From the IMG/VR virus record IMGVR_UViG_3300020403_003104, positions 1 to 38,321 of that record: a DNA stretch of 38,321 nt; one strand, 5' to 3'. The DNA is from a virus (lineage: Duplodnaviria > Caudoviricetes). Below the pieces are notes generated by a model. The model did no database searches. It had not been told where the DNA came from and saw only the letters and a program-made list of their open reading frames with translations. Shown here one piece after another: positions 1 through 8,676 of the stretch (position 1 is its first letter; the number at the start of each line of letters is the position of its first letter). The translations under genes and the position numbers were made by a program.

Positions 1-185
1 ACGTTCCATTGCAAATGGTTCGTGCGGTTGGTGAGAATTCCTTCCAGCCTAAGATCGGATTCAAGACTCGCTACGGCATGGTCTCCAATCCTTTCTCAAC
101 TGGTACAGCTGCTTCCAGTGATGGATCACTCACATATAATACTAACGTTTATTACAGAAGATGTCTCGTAACTAACTTGATGTAA
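1..185 (+). CDS. 23: Major capsid protein gp23, 3' end (partial)
   Basis: Frame starting at base 3 reads VPLQMVRAVGENSFQPKIGFKTRYGMVSNPF...NVYYRRCLVTNLM*, the characteristic T4-like gp23 C-terminus; not in the ORF track. Confidence 0.97.
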   Translation, partial: VPLQMVRAVGENSFQPKIGFKTRYGMVSNPFSTGTAASSDGSLTYNTNVYYRRCLVTNLM

Positions 186-205
186 TTTTGTACTAAATTT
201 AGTTG

Positions 206-213
206 TATAAATA
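206..213 (+). promoter_or_regulatory. T4-type late promoter TATAAATA
   Basis: Exact consensus in the intergenic gap upstream of gp3; gp55 is encoded in the window. Confidence 0.85.
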
Positions 214-248
214 AGGGTAAGAGGTCTAGTACTTCTTACCCTTTTTTT
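213..248 (+). terminator. Rho-independent terminator after gp23
   Basis: AAGGGTAAGAGG / CTTCTTACCCTT 12-bp stem (one G-U pair) running into a T tract. Confidence 0.9.
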
Positions 249-264
249 ATGTTTATAGGATTCT

Positions 265-777
265 ATGCAAAACGCTCCAGAGAATATTAACTATCTATCT
301 CCTACAGGATACAGATTTCAATGTCAAGCCTTTCCTGAGACTCAATTCTATTGTCAACAGGCTGTAATCCCTGGAGTTAATATTTCTGAAATAGAAGTAG
401 CTACCCCGCATAGACCTCATTACGTAGCAGGTGATAGATTAAATTATGATGCATTCTCTATTACAATGATAGTAGATGAATATATGAGAAATTGGCAAGA
501 AATACAAGAATGGATTATAGGATTAGGTAAGCCAGAAAATTTTGATCAGTATAGAAAAGCTAAGATAGAAGACAAAATAAATACACAGGCACAGTTATTC
601 ATATTGACTGGTTCAAAAAATCCATCAATGAGATTTGATTTCTATGATATATGGCCTAAATCTATATCAAGTATTCAGTTTGATATATCTGCTGCTGACA
701 TCGCTTATGCTACAGCTGATGTCGAATTCCAATATAACTATTATGAAATGACAAGGCTAAACCCATCACAAAAATAA
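265..777 (+). CDS. 3: Tail completion / tail tube terminator protein (gp3-like)
   Basis: N-terminal NYLSPTGYRF, IPGV, FxDIWPxSIS and FxYxYY motifs; conserved gp23-gp3-uvsY-uvsW synteny. Confidence 0.85.
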   Translation: MQNAPENINYLSPTGYRFQCQAFPETQFYCQQAVIPGVNISEIEVATPHRPHYVAGDRLNYDAFSITMIVDEYMRNWQEIQEWIIGLGKPENFDQYRKAKIEDKINTQAQLFILTGSKNPSMRFDFYDIWPKSISSIQFDISAADIAYATADVEFQYNYYEMTRLNPSQK

Positions 778-778
778 T

Positions 779-1222
779 ATGAAATTAAGTGAAATTCAAT
801 CTATGTGGAAAGAAGATTGCCAGATAGATGATACTAAATTAGACTATGAACTAATTAGAATACCCAACCTACATAGCAAATACTTAGATCTGTATAATGA
901 TGAATGTCTCCAGCATAAGAAATACTATTATGAAAAGAAGAGATTAATCAAATGGAAGACTGTTTATTATGCTGGTAAGATGAGTCAGGATGAATTAGAA
1001 GAGCATGGTTGGGAACCATTTATGTATAAGTTAGTTAAAGGTAGTGAACCTAAATTAGAAACTTACCTTGAAGGTGATTCAGATATAATACAACTAAGCG
1101 AAAAATTAGACTATATAAAGCAGAAGGTTGACTTCTTAGAGTCGATTATTAAATCGCTAAATACAAGAGGATACAACTTGCGATCAGCAATTGACTTTTT
1201 ACGATTTACAATGGGATCATGA
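779..1222 (+). CDS. uvsY: UvsY recombination mediator
   Basis: WxEDCxID, IPNLHSKYL, YYAGK, RGYNLRSAIDF motifs; position before uvsW. Confidence 0.92.
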   Translation: MKLSEIQSMWKEDCQIDDTKLDYELIRIPNLHSKYLDLYNDECLQHKKYYYEKKRLIKWKTVYYAGKMSQDELEEHGWEPFMYKLVKGSEPKLETYLEGDSDIIQLSEKLDYIKQKVDFLESIIKSLNTRGYNLRSAIDFLRFTMGS

Positions 1223-2667
1223 AGTTACGTAAAGTAGATGATGTACACATGTTTATTGATTGCGATGCTGGGCAAGCAGCGGAGCTAAACGACTACTTTA
1301 CTTTTGAAGTACCTAATGCAAAGTTTACTCCATCTTATAGAAACGGTTTCTGGGATGGAAAGATAAGATTATTCGATACTAGAAAAAGGCAATTGTACTA
1401 TGGGTTATATGAGTACGTTAAAAAATTCTGTGAATCAGCAGACTATGAGCTACAAATTGATGAAAGTATTACGTTCGGTGATCATAATTTTAGCGATATT
1501 GATTGCACTAGATTTGCAGAGCGTCTTAATTTAAATTTAACACCGAGGGATTATCAGTTACAAGCTGTAAGACATTGTATTAATATGGATAGATGTTTAC
1601 TTCTATCTCCTACAGCATCTGGTAAATCCTTTATAATTTATTTACTATTAAGATATTACAATACAAGGAGTTTGATAGTGGTACCAACGGTATCTCTAAC
1701 ACAACAAATGTATACCGATTTTCAAGAGTATGGTGATGAATGGGATGTTGCAAAGCATTGTCATTTAATTACCGCCGGTGCAGAAAAAGAAACAGATAAA
1801 CAAGTAGTAATTTCTACATGGCAATCTATCTATAATATGCCGAGAAGTTACTTTAATGAGTTCGAATTTATGATAGGTGATGAAGCACATCTATTCAAAG
1901 CTAAATCTTTGACCTCAGTAATGAGCAAGCTCAAAAACTGTAGATGGAAATTCGGAACTACTGGTACATTAGATGACTCTCAAACTCATAAGTTAGTATT
2001 AGAAGGTCTATTTGGTCCTGTACATCAAGTAACATCTACATCAGATTTAATAGATGCGGGTTACTTAGCTAAGTTTGATATACAATGTCTTATACTTAAA
2101 TATAGTGAACAAGAAGCAATGTATGTTAAGAAACTTACATATCAGGATGAGATAGAATTTTTAGTAACTCACGAAAAAAGAAATAGATTTATTCGCAACC
2201 TTGCCTGTGATCAAAGAGGTAATACTTTATTGCTGTTTCAATATGTAGATAAGCATGGTAGAGTACTACATGATATGATACAGAACAAAGTAGATAAAGA
2301 TAGAAAAGTATTTTTTGTATATGGAGGAGTAGATGGATCAGACAGAGAAGAAATCAGAAGAATTACTGAACGAGAATCCAATGCCATCATCGTTGCTAGC
2401 TTTGGCACGTTCAGCACTGGTATCAATATTCGCAATCTTCATAATATCATTTTTGCTAGTCCTAGTAAGTCTAAGGTAAGAAACTTACAGTCTATTGGTC
2501 GTGGTTTAAGAAAAGGTGATAAAAAGAATGCAGCTACTTTATATGATATTGCGGATGACTTATCACATAGATCATATATTAATTATACGCTTAAACATTT
2601 TAAAGAGAGAATATCTCAATATAATGAACAACAATTTAAATATCGTATGTTCCATATAGGGTTTTAG
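1219..2667 (+). CDS. uvsW: UvsW SF2 RNA-DNA/DNA-DNA helicase
   Basis: WDGKIRLF, PRDYQ, SPTASGKS Walker A, DEAH box, QSIGRGLR motif VI. Confidence 0.97.
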   Translation: MKLRKVDDVHMFIDCDAGQAAELNDYFTFEVPNAKFTPSYRNGFWDGKIRLFDTRKRQLYYGLYEYVKKFCESADYELQIDESITFGDHNFSDIDCTRFAERLNLNLTPRDYQLQAVRHCINMDRCLLLSPTASGKSFIIYLLLRYYNTRSLIVVPTVSLTQQMYTDFQEYGDEWDVAKHCHLITAGAEKETDKQVVISTWQSIYNMPRSYFNEFEFMIGDEAHLFKAKSLTSVMSKLKNCRWKFGTTGTLDDSQTHKLVLEGLFGPVHQVTSTSDLIDAGYLAKFDIQCLILKYSEQEAMYVKKLTYQDEIEFLVTHEKRNRFIRNLACDQRGNTLLLFQYVDKHGRVLHDMIQNKVDKDRKVFFVYGGVDGSDREEIRRITERESNAIIVASFGTFSTGINIRNLHNIIFASPSKSKVRNLQSIGRGLRKGDKKNAATLYDIADDLSHRSYINYTLKHFKERISQYNEQQFKYRMFHIGF

Positions 2668-2698
2668 GATTATATTCCCCCCTGCATCCAACATATAG

Positions 2699-2727
2699 AT
2701 TATAGGAACTTTTTCACAAAAAATCAA
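2699..2727 (-). promoter_or_regulatory. Sigma70-like promoter firing antisense into uvsW
   Basis: Minus strand TTGATT (2727-2722), 17 nt spacer, TATAAT (2704-2699). Confidence 0.6.
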
Positions 2728-2742
2728 GAAAAAAATGACCAC

Positions 2743-2771
2743 TTGATTTTATTAAGAAAATAAGGTATAAT
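2743..2771 (+). promoter_or_regulatory. Sigma70-like early promoter
   Basis: TTGATT (2743-2748), 17 nt, TATAAT (2766-2771), with an A-rich upstream tract. Confidence 0.75.
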
Positions 2772-3977
2772 ATGTCATTAAAAGATCAGGCTCAAGATGT
2801 ACTAATACAGGATGGTAGAATTCTATTACCTAATAATAGATGGGCGCCTTATCAGCAACTGGAACATGAATACATTCATAATAATAGTATAGATTCAGTC
2901 TTTCATAATACTATTGAATTAAATTTAGATAAATGGATTAATTGTGTTACTGATTATGGTTATGGAGATATAACTTGTAATCTAAACTATTGGTTATGGA
3001 TGAATGAGCTAAGACCTATCAAAATAAAAATACTAGTAGATGAAACTCATTACAATAAAGAGTTTGGAAACAAAGAAACTACAATTGATAAAATTGATTT
3101 TTATATAAGAGAATTTTGTGGCTCAAATATTGAATATCAATATTCGACAATAAGAAGAAGCTTTGGAAATCTTTTAAGAACATATAAGAGTGCTTTTAGA
3201 GGAAAGAGCTTAATGAAGCATACAGAGAAAACTTTTAGAAGTATGTGGCATAAGTATGTTCCTGTTAATTTAGAGCAATATTGGTTTGTACCTCTTTCAA
3301 TGCAGATGGAATGGTATCCAGTAAAAGATGAATGGAAGATGCCAAAAGAAAAGAAAGCAGTTTTATATAGATATCAACCTCCTAAAGATTGGGATTTGAT
3401 AGATAATTATTCTTTTGAAAATATCGGTGATAAGATGATATCTCAAGATGAAAAAGTAGTTAAAAAGTATTGGGATGATTTAGAATCTGCTTTACAAAAA
3501 GAGGGTTATAAAGTAGAATATTTAACTTATAAAATGGCTCCTAAAACAATTTGCTCAAAGCTTCAAAAAGCAACCCTTTGTGTTTCTTCCAGAGGAGGTT
3601 TTTCATATCTAGCACAACATATAGGTACTCCTACAGTATCCATCTATCCTCCAGCAGAAACTCTTCTTAACAGAAACTACAATGGACAGCACGTTCAGTT
3701 TCATAATAGATGTATTAGATTGTTTGATCCTGTAGAGATATCAAAGGTAGATATTGATTCTTTAGTAGAAAGAAGTACGCTCGAAAAGTCAGTTGCATTT
3801 TATAAGAGAATAAACTATAATACATTGGAAAAGATGCAAAGGTTAGAAAAGGATGTGCAAGGTTTTAACTCCGAAACCGCAAAGCGTTATAGAAGGGAGT
3901 TACAAAAAGACGCACAACCTCAGGAGGAAGTAAAGACTAAGTCTAAATCGAAGGCTAAAACTAAATCTAAAAAATAA
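2772..3977 (+). CDS. Hypothetical protein, possible GT-B (GT9-like) glycosyltransferase with Lys-rich tail
   Basis: 401 aa ORF; GYGD near the N-terminus and CVSSRGGFSYLAQHIGTPTVSIY resemble GT9 motifs (GD ... DSGxxHLAxAxGxPTVxL). Confidence 0.5.
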   Translation: MSLKDQAQDVLIQDGRILLPNNRWAPYQQLEHEYIHNNSIDSVFHNTIELNLDKWINCVTDYGYGDITCNLNYWLWMNELRPIKIKILVDETHYNKEFGNKETTIDKIDFYIREFCGSNIEYQYSTIRRSFGNLLRTYKSAFRGKSLMKHTEKTFRSMWHKYVPVNLEQYWFVPLSMQMEWYPVKDEWKMPKEKKAVLYRYQPPKDWDLIDNYSFENIGDKMISQDEKVVKKYWDDLESALQKEGYKVEYLTYKMAPKTICSKLQKATLCVSSRGGFSYLAQHIGTPTVSIYPPAETLLNRNYNGQHVQFHNRCIRLFDPVEISKVDIDSLVERSTLEKSVAFYKRINYNTLEKMQRLEKDVQGFNSETAKRYRRELQKDAQPQEEVKTKSKSKAKTKSKK

Positions 3978-3980
3978 ATT

Positions 3981-4568
3981 ATGGCAAAGAAGAAATCAAT
4001 ACATTATGTAGATAATAAGAAGTTTCATGAAGAGATGGTAGCGTATAAAAATCATTGTGCGGATGTTAAAAAGAAAGATCCTGATGCTGATGTACCTATT
4101 ATACCTGATTACATAGGTGATTGCTTTATGAGAATAGCGGAGAGGTTAAGTCTTAGACCTAACTTTGTTAATTATGCGTTTAGAGATGAAATGATATCTG
4201 ATGGTATTGAGAATTGCGTTCAATCTGCTCATAATTTTAATCCGGAAAAATCTTCTAATCCTTTTTCGTACTTTACTCAAATAATCTATTACGCTTTTAT
4301 TAGACGTATTCAAAAAGAAAAAAAGCAGCTATATATTAAGTACAAGTCTATTCATAACAATTCTATGTTATCGGATAGTGTAGCTTTATCAGAGCATGAT
4401 GATTCTACTAATAAGTTTAATGTAGAAGTTCTAACTGAAGAGCAAAAAGCAAACATCTATAAATTTGTAGGTGACTTCGAAGCATCTATTGAATCCAAAA
4501 AAGTAAAAAAGACATCAACGTCTAATACATTAATGAAGTTTGTAGAGGACGCTGAACCCGCAACATGA
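3981..4568 (+). CDS. 55: Late transcription sigma factor gp55
   Basis: HYVDNK, RPNFVNY, EMISDGIENC, NFNPEKSSNPFSYFTQIIYYAFIRRIQKEKKQ. Confidence 0.97.
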   Translation: MAKKKSIHYVDNKKFHEEMVAYKNHCADVKKKDPDADVPIIPDYIGDCFMRIAERLSLRPNFVNYAFRDEMISDGIENCVQSAHNFNPEKSSNPFSYFTQIIYYAFIRRIQKEKKQLYIKYKSIHNNSMLSDSVALSEHDDSTNKFNVEVLTEEQKANIYKFVGDFEASIESKKVKKTSTSNTLMKFVEDAEPAT

Positions 4569-5608
4569 TAACAGCAATAATAACTGATACACATTTCGGT
4601 GCTAGAAATGATAGTATAGCTTTTAGCAATTACTTTGCTAAATTCTATAATGATATATTTTTTCCATACCTCAAAAAGCACGATATTAAACATGTAATAC
4701 ATATGGGAGATGTTTTTGATAGACGTAAGTTTATCAATTATAAAACTCTGTATGATGCACGTAATTACTTCTTTAATCCTTTGAGAGACAATGATATACA
4801 ATGCTGGATGCTAGCAGGAAATCATGATACCTTCTATAAGACAACTAATGAAGTTAACTCGGTAGGATTATTGTTACAAGAGTATGATAATATTCAAGTT
4901 TTTGATACAGCAGTTGAAATGGAAAACTGTGTATTAATGCCCTGGGTATGTAGTGGTAATTATGAAGAGAGTATTGATCTAATTAAGAATACAAAAAAAG
5001 ATATAATGTTTGGTCATTTTGAGATTGATGGTTTTGAAATGATAAGAGGTCAATTTTGTTCTGGTGGATTAGATCGAAAGCTCTTTGAAAAATTTGATAT
5101 GGTTTTCAGTGGACATTTTCATCATAAGAGCGATAACGGTACTGTTTACTATACAGGTAATCCATATCAAACTAATTGGTTAGATTATAAAGATCCTAGA
5201 GGTTTTCATATATTTAACTTTGATAATAGAGAGCTAACATTCATACAAAATCCGTATGAGATGTTTCATAAGTTTTTCTATAACGATGTTGACTGGACTT
5301 TGGAAGAGGTAAACGAAATGGACTTTGATGAATGGCAACAAGCATATGTTAAAATTGTAGTAGAGAATAAAACTAATCCTTTCTTCTTTGATGTCATCTT
5401 AGATAAGATGTATAAGTCCGGAGTAGGTAACATAAATGTTGTTGAATCGTTTGCTGAATTAGATGATGATGAAGATATAGTAGATGAAGCACAGGATACA
5501 ATATCCATTTTGTCAACTTACATTGATAATTTAGAAACTAATGTTGACAAAAAAAGACTGGATTTATTGATGAGAAGCCTGTATAATGAATCATTAACCT
5601 TAGAATAA
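4565..5608 (+). CDS. 47: gp47 recombination endonuclease (Mre11/SbcD-like)
   Basis: TDTHFG, GDVFDRRK, GNHD, FGH and SGHFH metallophosphoesterase motifs. Confidence 0.97.
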   Translation: MITAIITDTHFGARNDSIAFSNYFAKFYNDIFFPYLKKHDIKHVIHMGDVFDRRKFINYKTLYDARNYFFNPLRDNDIQCWMLAGNHDTFYKTTNEVNSVGLLLQEYDNIQVFDTAVEMENCVLMPWVCSGNYEESIDLIKNTKKDIMFGHFEIDGFEMIRGQFCSGGLDRKLFEKFDMVFSGHFHHKSDNGTVYYTGNPYQTNWLDYKDPRGFHIFNFDNRELTFIQNPYEMFHKFFYNDVDWTLEEVNEMDFDEWQQAYVKIVVENKTNPFFFDVILDKMYKSGVGNINVVESFAELDDDEDIVDEAQDTISILSTYIDNLETNVDKKRLDLLMRSLYNESLTLE

Positions 5609-5615
5609 GAGAAAA

Positions 5616-5861
5616 ATGCTTTCAGATCATCATGAGATAAGAGCAAAAGAAGAACCTGAGCGCTATGGTAAGAGTAAAGAGAAGCTAGTACCGTTAGAGT
5701 TAGAATTAGATTCAGATCTTCTTCTCAAACTATTTACTGCAGCTCATGAAATGGATATAACTTTCAATGAGTTCTGCAACAGAGTCATTAAAAAAGAATT
5801 AGACAATATAGATTACAAATTCGAAAACGGAACTAAGCCTCAATTCCTCTCTGAAAATTAA
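5616..5861 (+). CDS. Small hypothetical protein, possible ribbon-helix-helix
   Basis: 81 aa ORF filling the gp47-gp46 gap; LELDSDL..KL..AAHEMDITFNEF pattern is RHH-like. Confidence 0.6.
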   Translation: MLSDHHEIRAKEEPERYGKSKEKLVPLELELDSDLLLKLFTAAHEMDITFNEFCNRVIKKELDNIDYKFENGTKPQFLSEN

Positions 5862-7573
5862 TGATCCTGTTTAAGAATGTTCGCTACAAAAACTTTCTAA
5901 GTAGCGGAAATGTATTTACCGATATACAACTCGATCGAGCTCAAACTACCTTAATAACTGGTGAGAATGGTGCTGGTAAAAGTACTATGCTTGACGCTAT
6001 AACCTTTGGGTTATTTGGTAAACCATTTCGTAAAATCAATAAGCCTCAATTAGTAAACTCTATCAATGAAAAAGCCTGCGTAGTAGAGGTTGTATTCATG
6101 ATAGGTAAGAAAAGTATATTAGTACGCAGAGGCATAAAACCTAATATATTTGAAATAGAGGTTGATGGTCAGCAGTTACAGCAAGATGCTAATATCAGAG
6201 ATTTTCAAGAATACTTAGAAAAGCAGATCCTCAAACTAAACTATAAATCTTTTACTCAAATTATTATCTTAGGCAACTCTTCTTTTGTACCTTTTATGCA
6301 ATTGAAAGCTCAAGATAGAAGAGCAATTATCGAAGATCTGTTAGATATTCAGATATTCTCAAGTATGGGTAATATACTTAAGACCTATTCAGCAGAGAAT
6401 AAGTTAAAGTTAGATGAGAATAGATCATCAAAGAATCTAATTGAGAATAAAATAAATCTAAAAGAAGACTATATAATACAGTTAAAGAATAAGACTAAAA
6501 ATTTAGTAAGTAAGTTTGAGAAAGATATTAATAAAAATCTATCTCAAAAAGAATCTATTCTAAAAGAAATGGCTGAAGCTAATAAAGATGTAGAAGAGCT
6601 TTTAGGTCAGGTTGAAGATGCAAAACAAATAGCAGAGAAACATGATAAACTTACAGAATATCAGCGTTCCATACTCAGGAACGTTGATACCGAGCAGAAG
6701 AGTATCTCCTTCTTTGAGTCAAATGATGACTGTCCGACATGTAAACAGGACATCGATCACGCTTTCAAGCACAAAGAGATTAGCGAAAAGCAAGAAAAGA
6801 TCAAGAAATATGAGAATGCTATTGAAGAAATTGACAAACAACTGGGCGATGTTAGAGCAAGACTTTCAGCAATACAGCAGATACAAGAAGACATACAGTC
6901 TAAGCAGACCCAAACACAATCGCTCAATAATAGTATAAATGCTATTGATCAATATATTGAAAAGATACAAAAGCAAATTGAAGATATTCAAGCTGATACT
7001 GGAGATATCAAAGCTGAAAAGAAACAGCTAAAAGAGTTTGAAAAAGAGTTAGAAGATGTTGATATACGGAGAAGTGAACTTGTAGTAGAAAGTGAAGTAT
7101 ACAATGTAGCTAAGAATATTCTAAAAGATGAAGGTATCAAAGCTCGTATAGTAAAGCAATACCTACCTATTATGAATAAGCTTATCAATAAATATCTAAC
7201 TCAAATGAACTTCTTCATATCTTTTAACCTTGATGAAAATTTCAATGAAGAGATCAAATCTAGATTTAGAGATGATTTTACATATGATTCTTTTAGTGAA
7301 GGTGAGAAGATGAGGATTGACTTAGCTCTATTGTTTACATGGAGAGCAATAGCTAAGTTAAAAAATTCTGTCAATACTAATCTGCTTATCTTAGATGAGG
7401 TATTTGATAGTTCGTTAGATGGTGAAGGTACTGATGAATTTATGAAGATAGTTAACGAACAGGGAAGTTCTACAAATGTATTTGTTATTAGTCATAAAGG
7501 TGATACATTGTACGATAAATTTAGAGTACATATGAGATTTAAGAAACATAAAAACTTTAGTATAATAGAATGA
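5861..7573 (+). CDS. 46: gp46 recombination ATPase (Rad50/SbcC-like)
   Basis: GENGAGKS Walker A, coiled coils with CPTC zinc hook, FSEGEK signature, LILDEVFD Walker B, ISH. Confidence 0.98.
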   Translation: MILFKNVRYKNFLSSGNVFTDIQLDRAQTTLITGENGAGKSTMLDAITFGLFGKPFRKINKPQLVNSINEKACVVEVVFMIGKKSILVRRGIKPNIFEIEVDGQQLQQDANIRDFQEYLEKQILKLNYKSFTQIIILGNSSFVPFMQLKAQDRRAIIEDLLDIQIFSSMGNILKTYSAENKLKLDENRSSKNLIENKINLKEDYIIQLKNKTKNLVSKFEKDINKNLSQKESILKEMAEANKDVEELLGQVEDAKQIAEKHDKLTEYQRSILRNVDTEQKSISFFESNDDCPTCKQDIDHAFKHKEISEKQEKIKKYENAIEEIDKQLGDVRARLSAIQQIQEDIQSKQTQTQSLNNSINAIDQYIEKIQKQIEDIQADTGDIKAEKKQLKEFEKELEDVDIRRSELVVESEVYNVAKNILKDEGIKARIVKQYLPIMNKLINKYLTQMNFFISFNLDENFNEEIKSRFRDDFTYDSFSEGEKMRIDLALLFTWRAIAKLKNSVNTNLLILDEVFDSSLDGEGTDEFMKIVNEQGSSTNVFVISHKGDTLYDKFRVHMRFKKHKNFSIIE

Positions 7574-8139
7574 AAACGTTAGTACATGAAGACCACAATT
7601 TATTAAGTGAACCGTGCATTCCTTTTAGCCGTCTAGCACCTCCGATGGATGCAATGCAATTACATGATGAGTTACTTGAAAGTATGCATCATTTTGGAGG
7701 TGTAGGCTTATCATCTAATCAAATAGGATACAAATATAAAGTATTTTCTATGATTCATGATGATAAAGATATGGTACTTTATAACCCGGAGATAATTGAA
7801 GAATCAGAAGAAATGGTAATAGAGTCAGAAGGTTGTTTAAGTTATCCCGGACTATTCGTAAAAATGGCAAGACCTAAGAGCGTATCTGCATCATGGGAGA
7901 ATGCAGATGGTCAAAGCTTTTCAGGTTATTTTTCTGATCTTTCTGCACGAATATTTTTGCATGAAATGGATCACATGGATGGAATCGCATTTTATCAGGA
8001 TGCAAAGAAAATACATATGTTAAGTGCAAGGAGAAAAAGAAAAGCAAATTTAAAAAAATTACAAAAATTTAATCCAGAGTTATGGCAAAGTCATATAAAC
8101 AACAAAAAACTAAAGAAAGATTTTCAAAAGACGTTGTAA
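7570..8139 (+). CDS. def: Peptide deformylase
   Basis: GVGLSSNQIG, EGCLS and HEMDH motifs. Confidence 0.95.
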   Translation: MKTLVHEDHNLLSEPCIPFSRLAPPMDAMQLHDELLESMHHFGGVGLSSNQIGYKYKVFSMIHDDKDMVLYNPEIIEESEEMVIESEGCLSYPGLFVKMARPKSVSASWENADGQSFSGYFSDLSARIFLHEMDHMDGIAFYQDAKKIHMLSARRKRKANLKKLQKFNPELWQSHINNKKLKKDFQKTL

Positions 8140-8264
8140 GTAAGCAACGCAAAAAAGAACGCCAATTTGGTAAAGATTTGGCAAACAACTACATTGAATT
8201 TGATGAAGAGGAAGAAGATGTATACATCGACGAAGACGTTTACGGGGTTACCGTGCGCTCATAG
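8082..8264 (+). CDS. Small hypothetical protein (basic N-terminus, acidic C-terminus)
   Basis: 60 aa ORF bridging def and queD, overlapping both. Confidence 0.55.
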   Translation: MAKSYKQQKTKERFSKDVVSKQRKKERQFGKDLANNYIEFDEEEEDVYIDEDVYGVTVRS

Positions 8265-8676
8265 ACAATGGAGAGATGAGGGTCATTGCAGTTTAGTTCA
8301 TGGTTATGATAGAACTGTTATTATGACTTTTGGTTGTAGTGAAACAGATGAAAAGGAATGGGTTGTTGATTTTGGAGGACTTAAAGAAGTAAAGAAATGG
8401 CTTGAAGAAAAGTTTGATCATACTTTACTTATAAATGAAGATGATCCAATGAGACACGTATTTGAAGAGCATGATGGAAAGCTTTGGAGATTAACTATAA
8501 TGCCAAATATTGGTATGGAAGGAAGTGCTAAGTATATTTTCGATCATGTTGATCCTATGATTAAAGAAATGACTAATGATAGATGTTGGGTTGTTAGTGT
8601 TGAATGTAGAGAAAATGTTAAAAATTCAGCTATCTATACTAACGAAAGACCAATGTTAACAATAAAGGAAGGATGA
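8218..8676 (+). CDS. queD: QueD / 6-pyruvoyl-tetrahydropterin synthase family
   Basis: CAHRQ, CSLVHGY, WVVDFGGLK, FDHTLL motifs; start moved from 8167 to ATG 8218, which has GAGGA upstream. Confidence 0.92.
   Translation: MYTSTKTFTGLPCAHRQWRDEGHCSLVHGYDRTVIMTFGCSETDEKEWVVDFGGLKEVKKWLEEKFDHTLLINEDDPMRHVFEEHDGKLWRLTIMPNIGMEGSAKYIFDHVDPMIKEMTNDRCWVVSVECRENVKNSAIYTNERPMLTIKEG

Noticed and set aside
5544-5587. Promoter from TTGACA and TATAAT at the end of gp47
   Set aside because: The boxes are 32 nt apart; the correctly spaced -35 (TGGATT) is weak and lies inside coding sequence
8167-8217. Longer TTG start for queD
   Set aside because: The ATG at 8218 has a GAGGA RBS and gives a family-typical N-terminus
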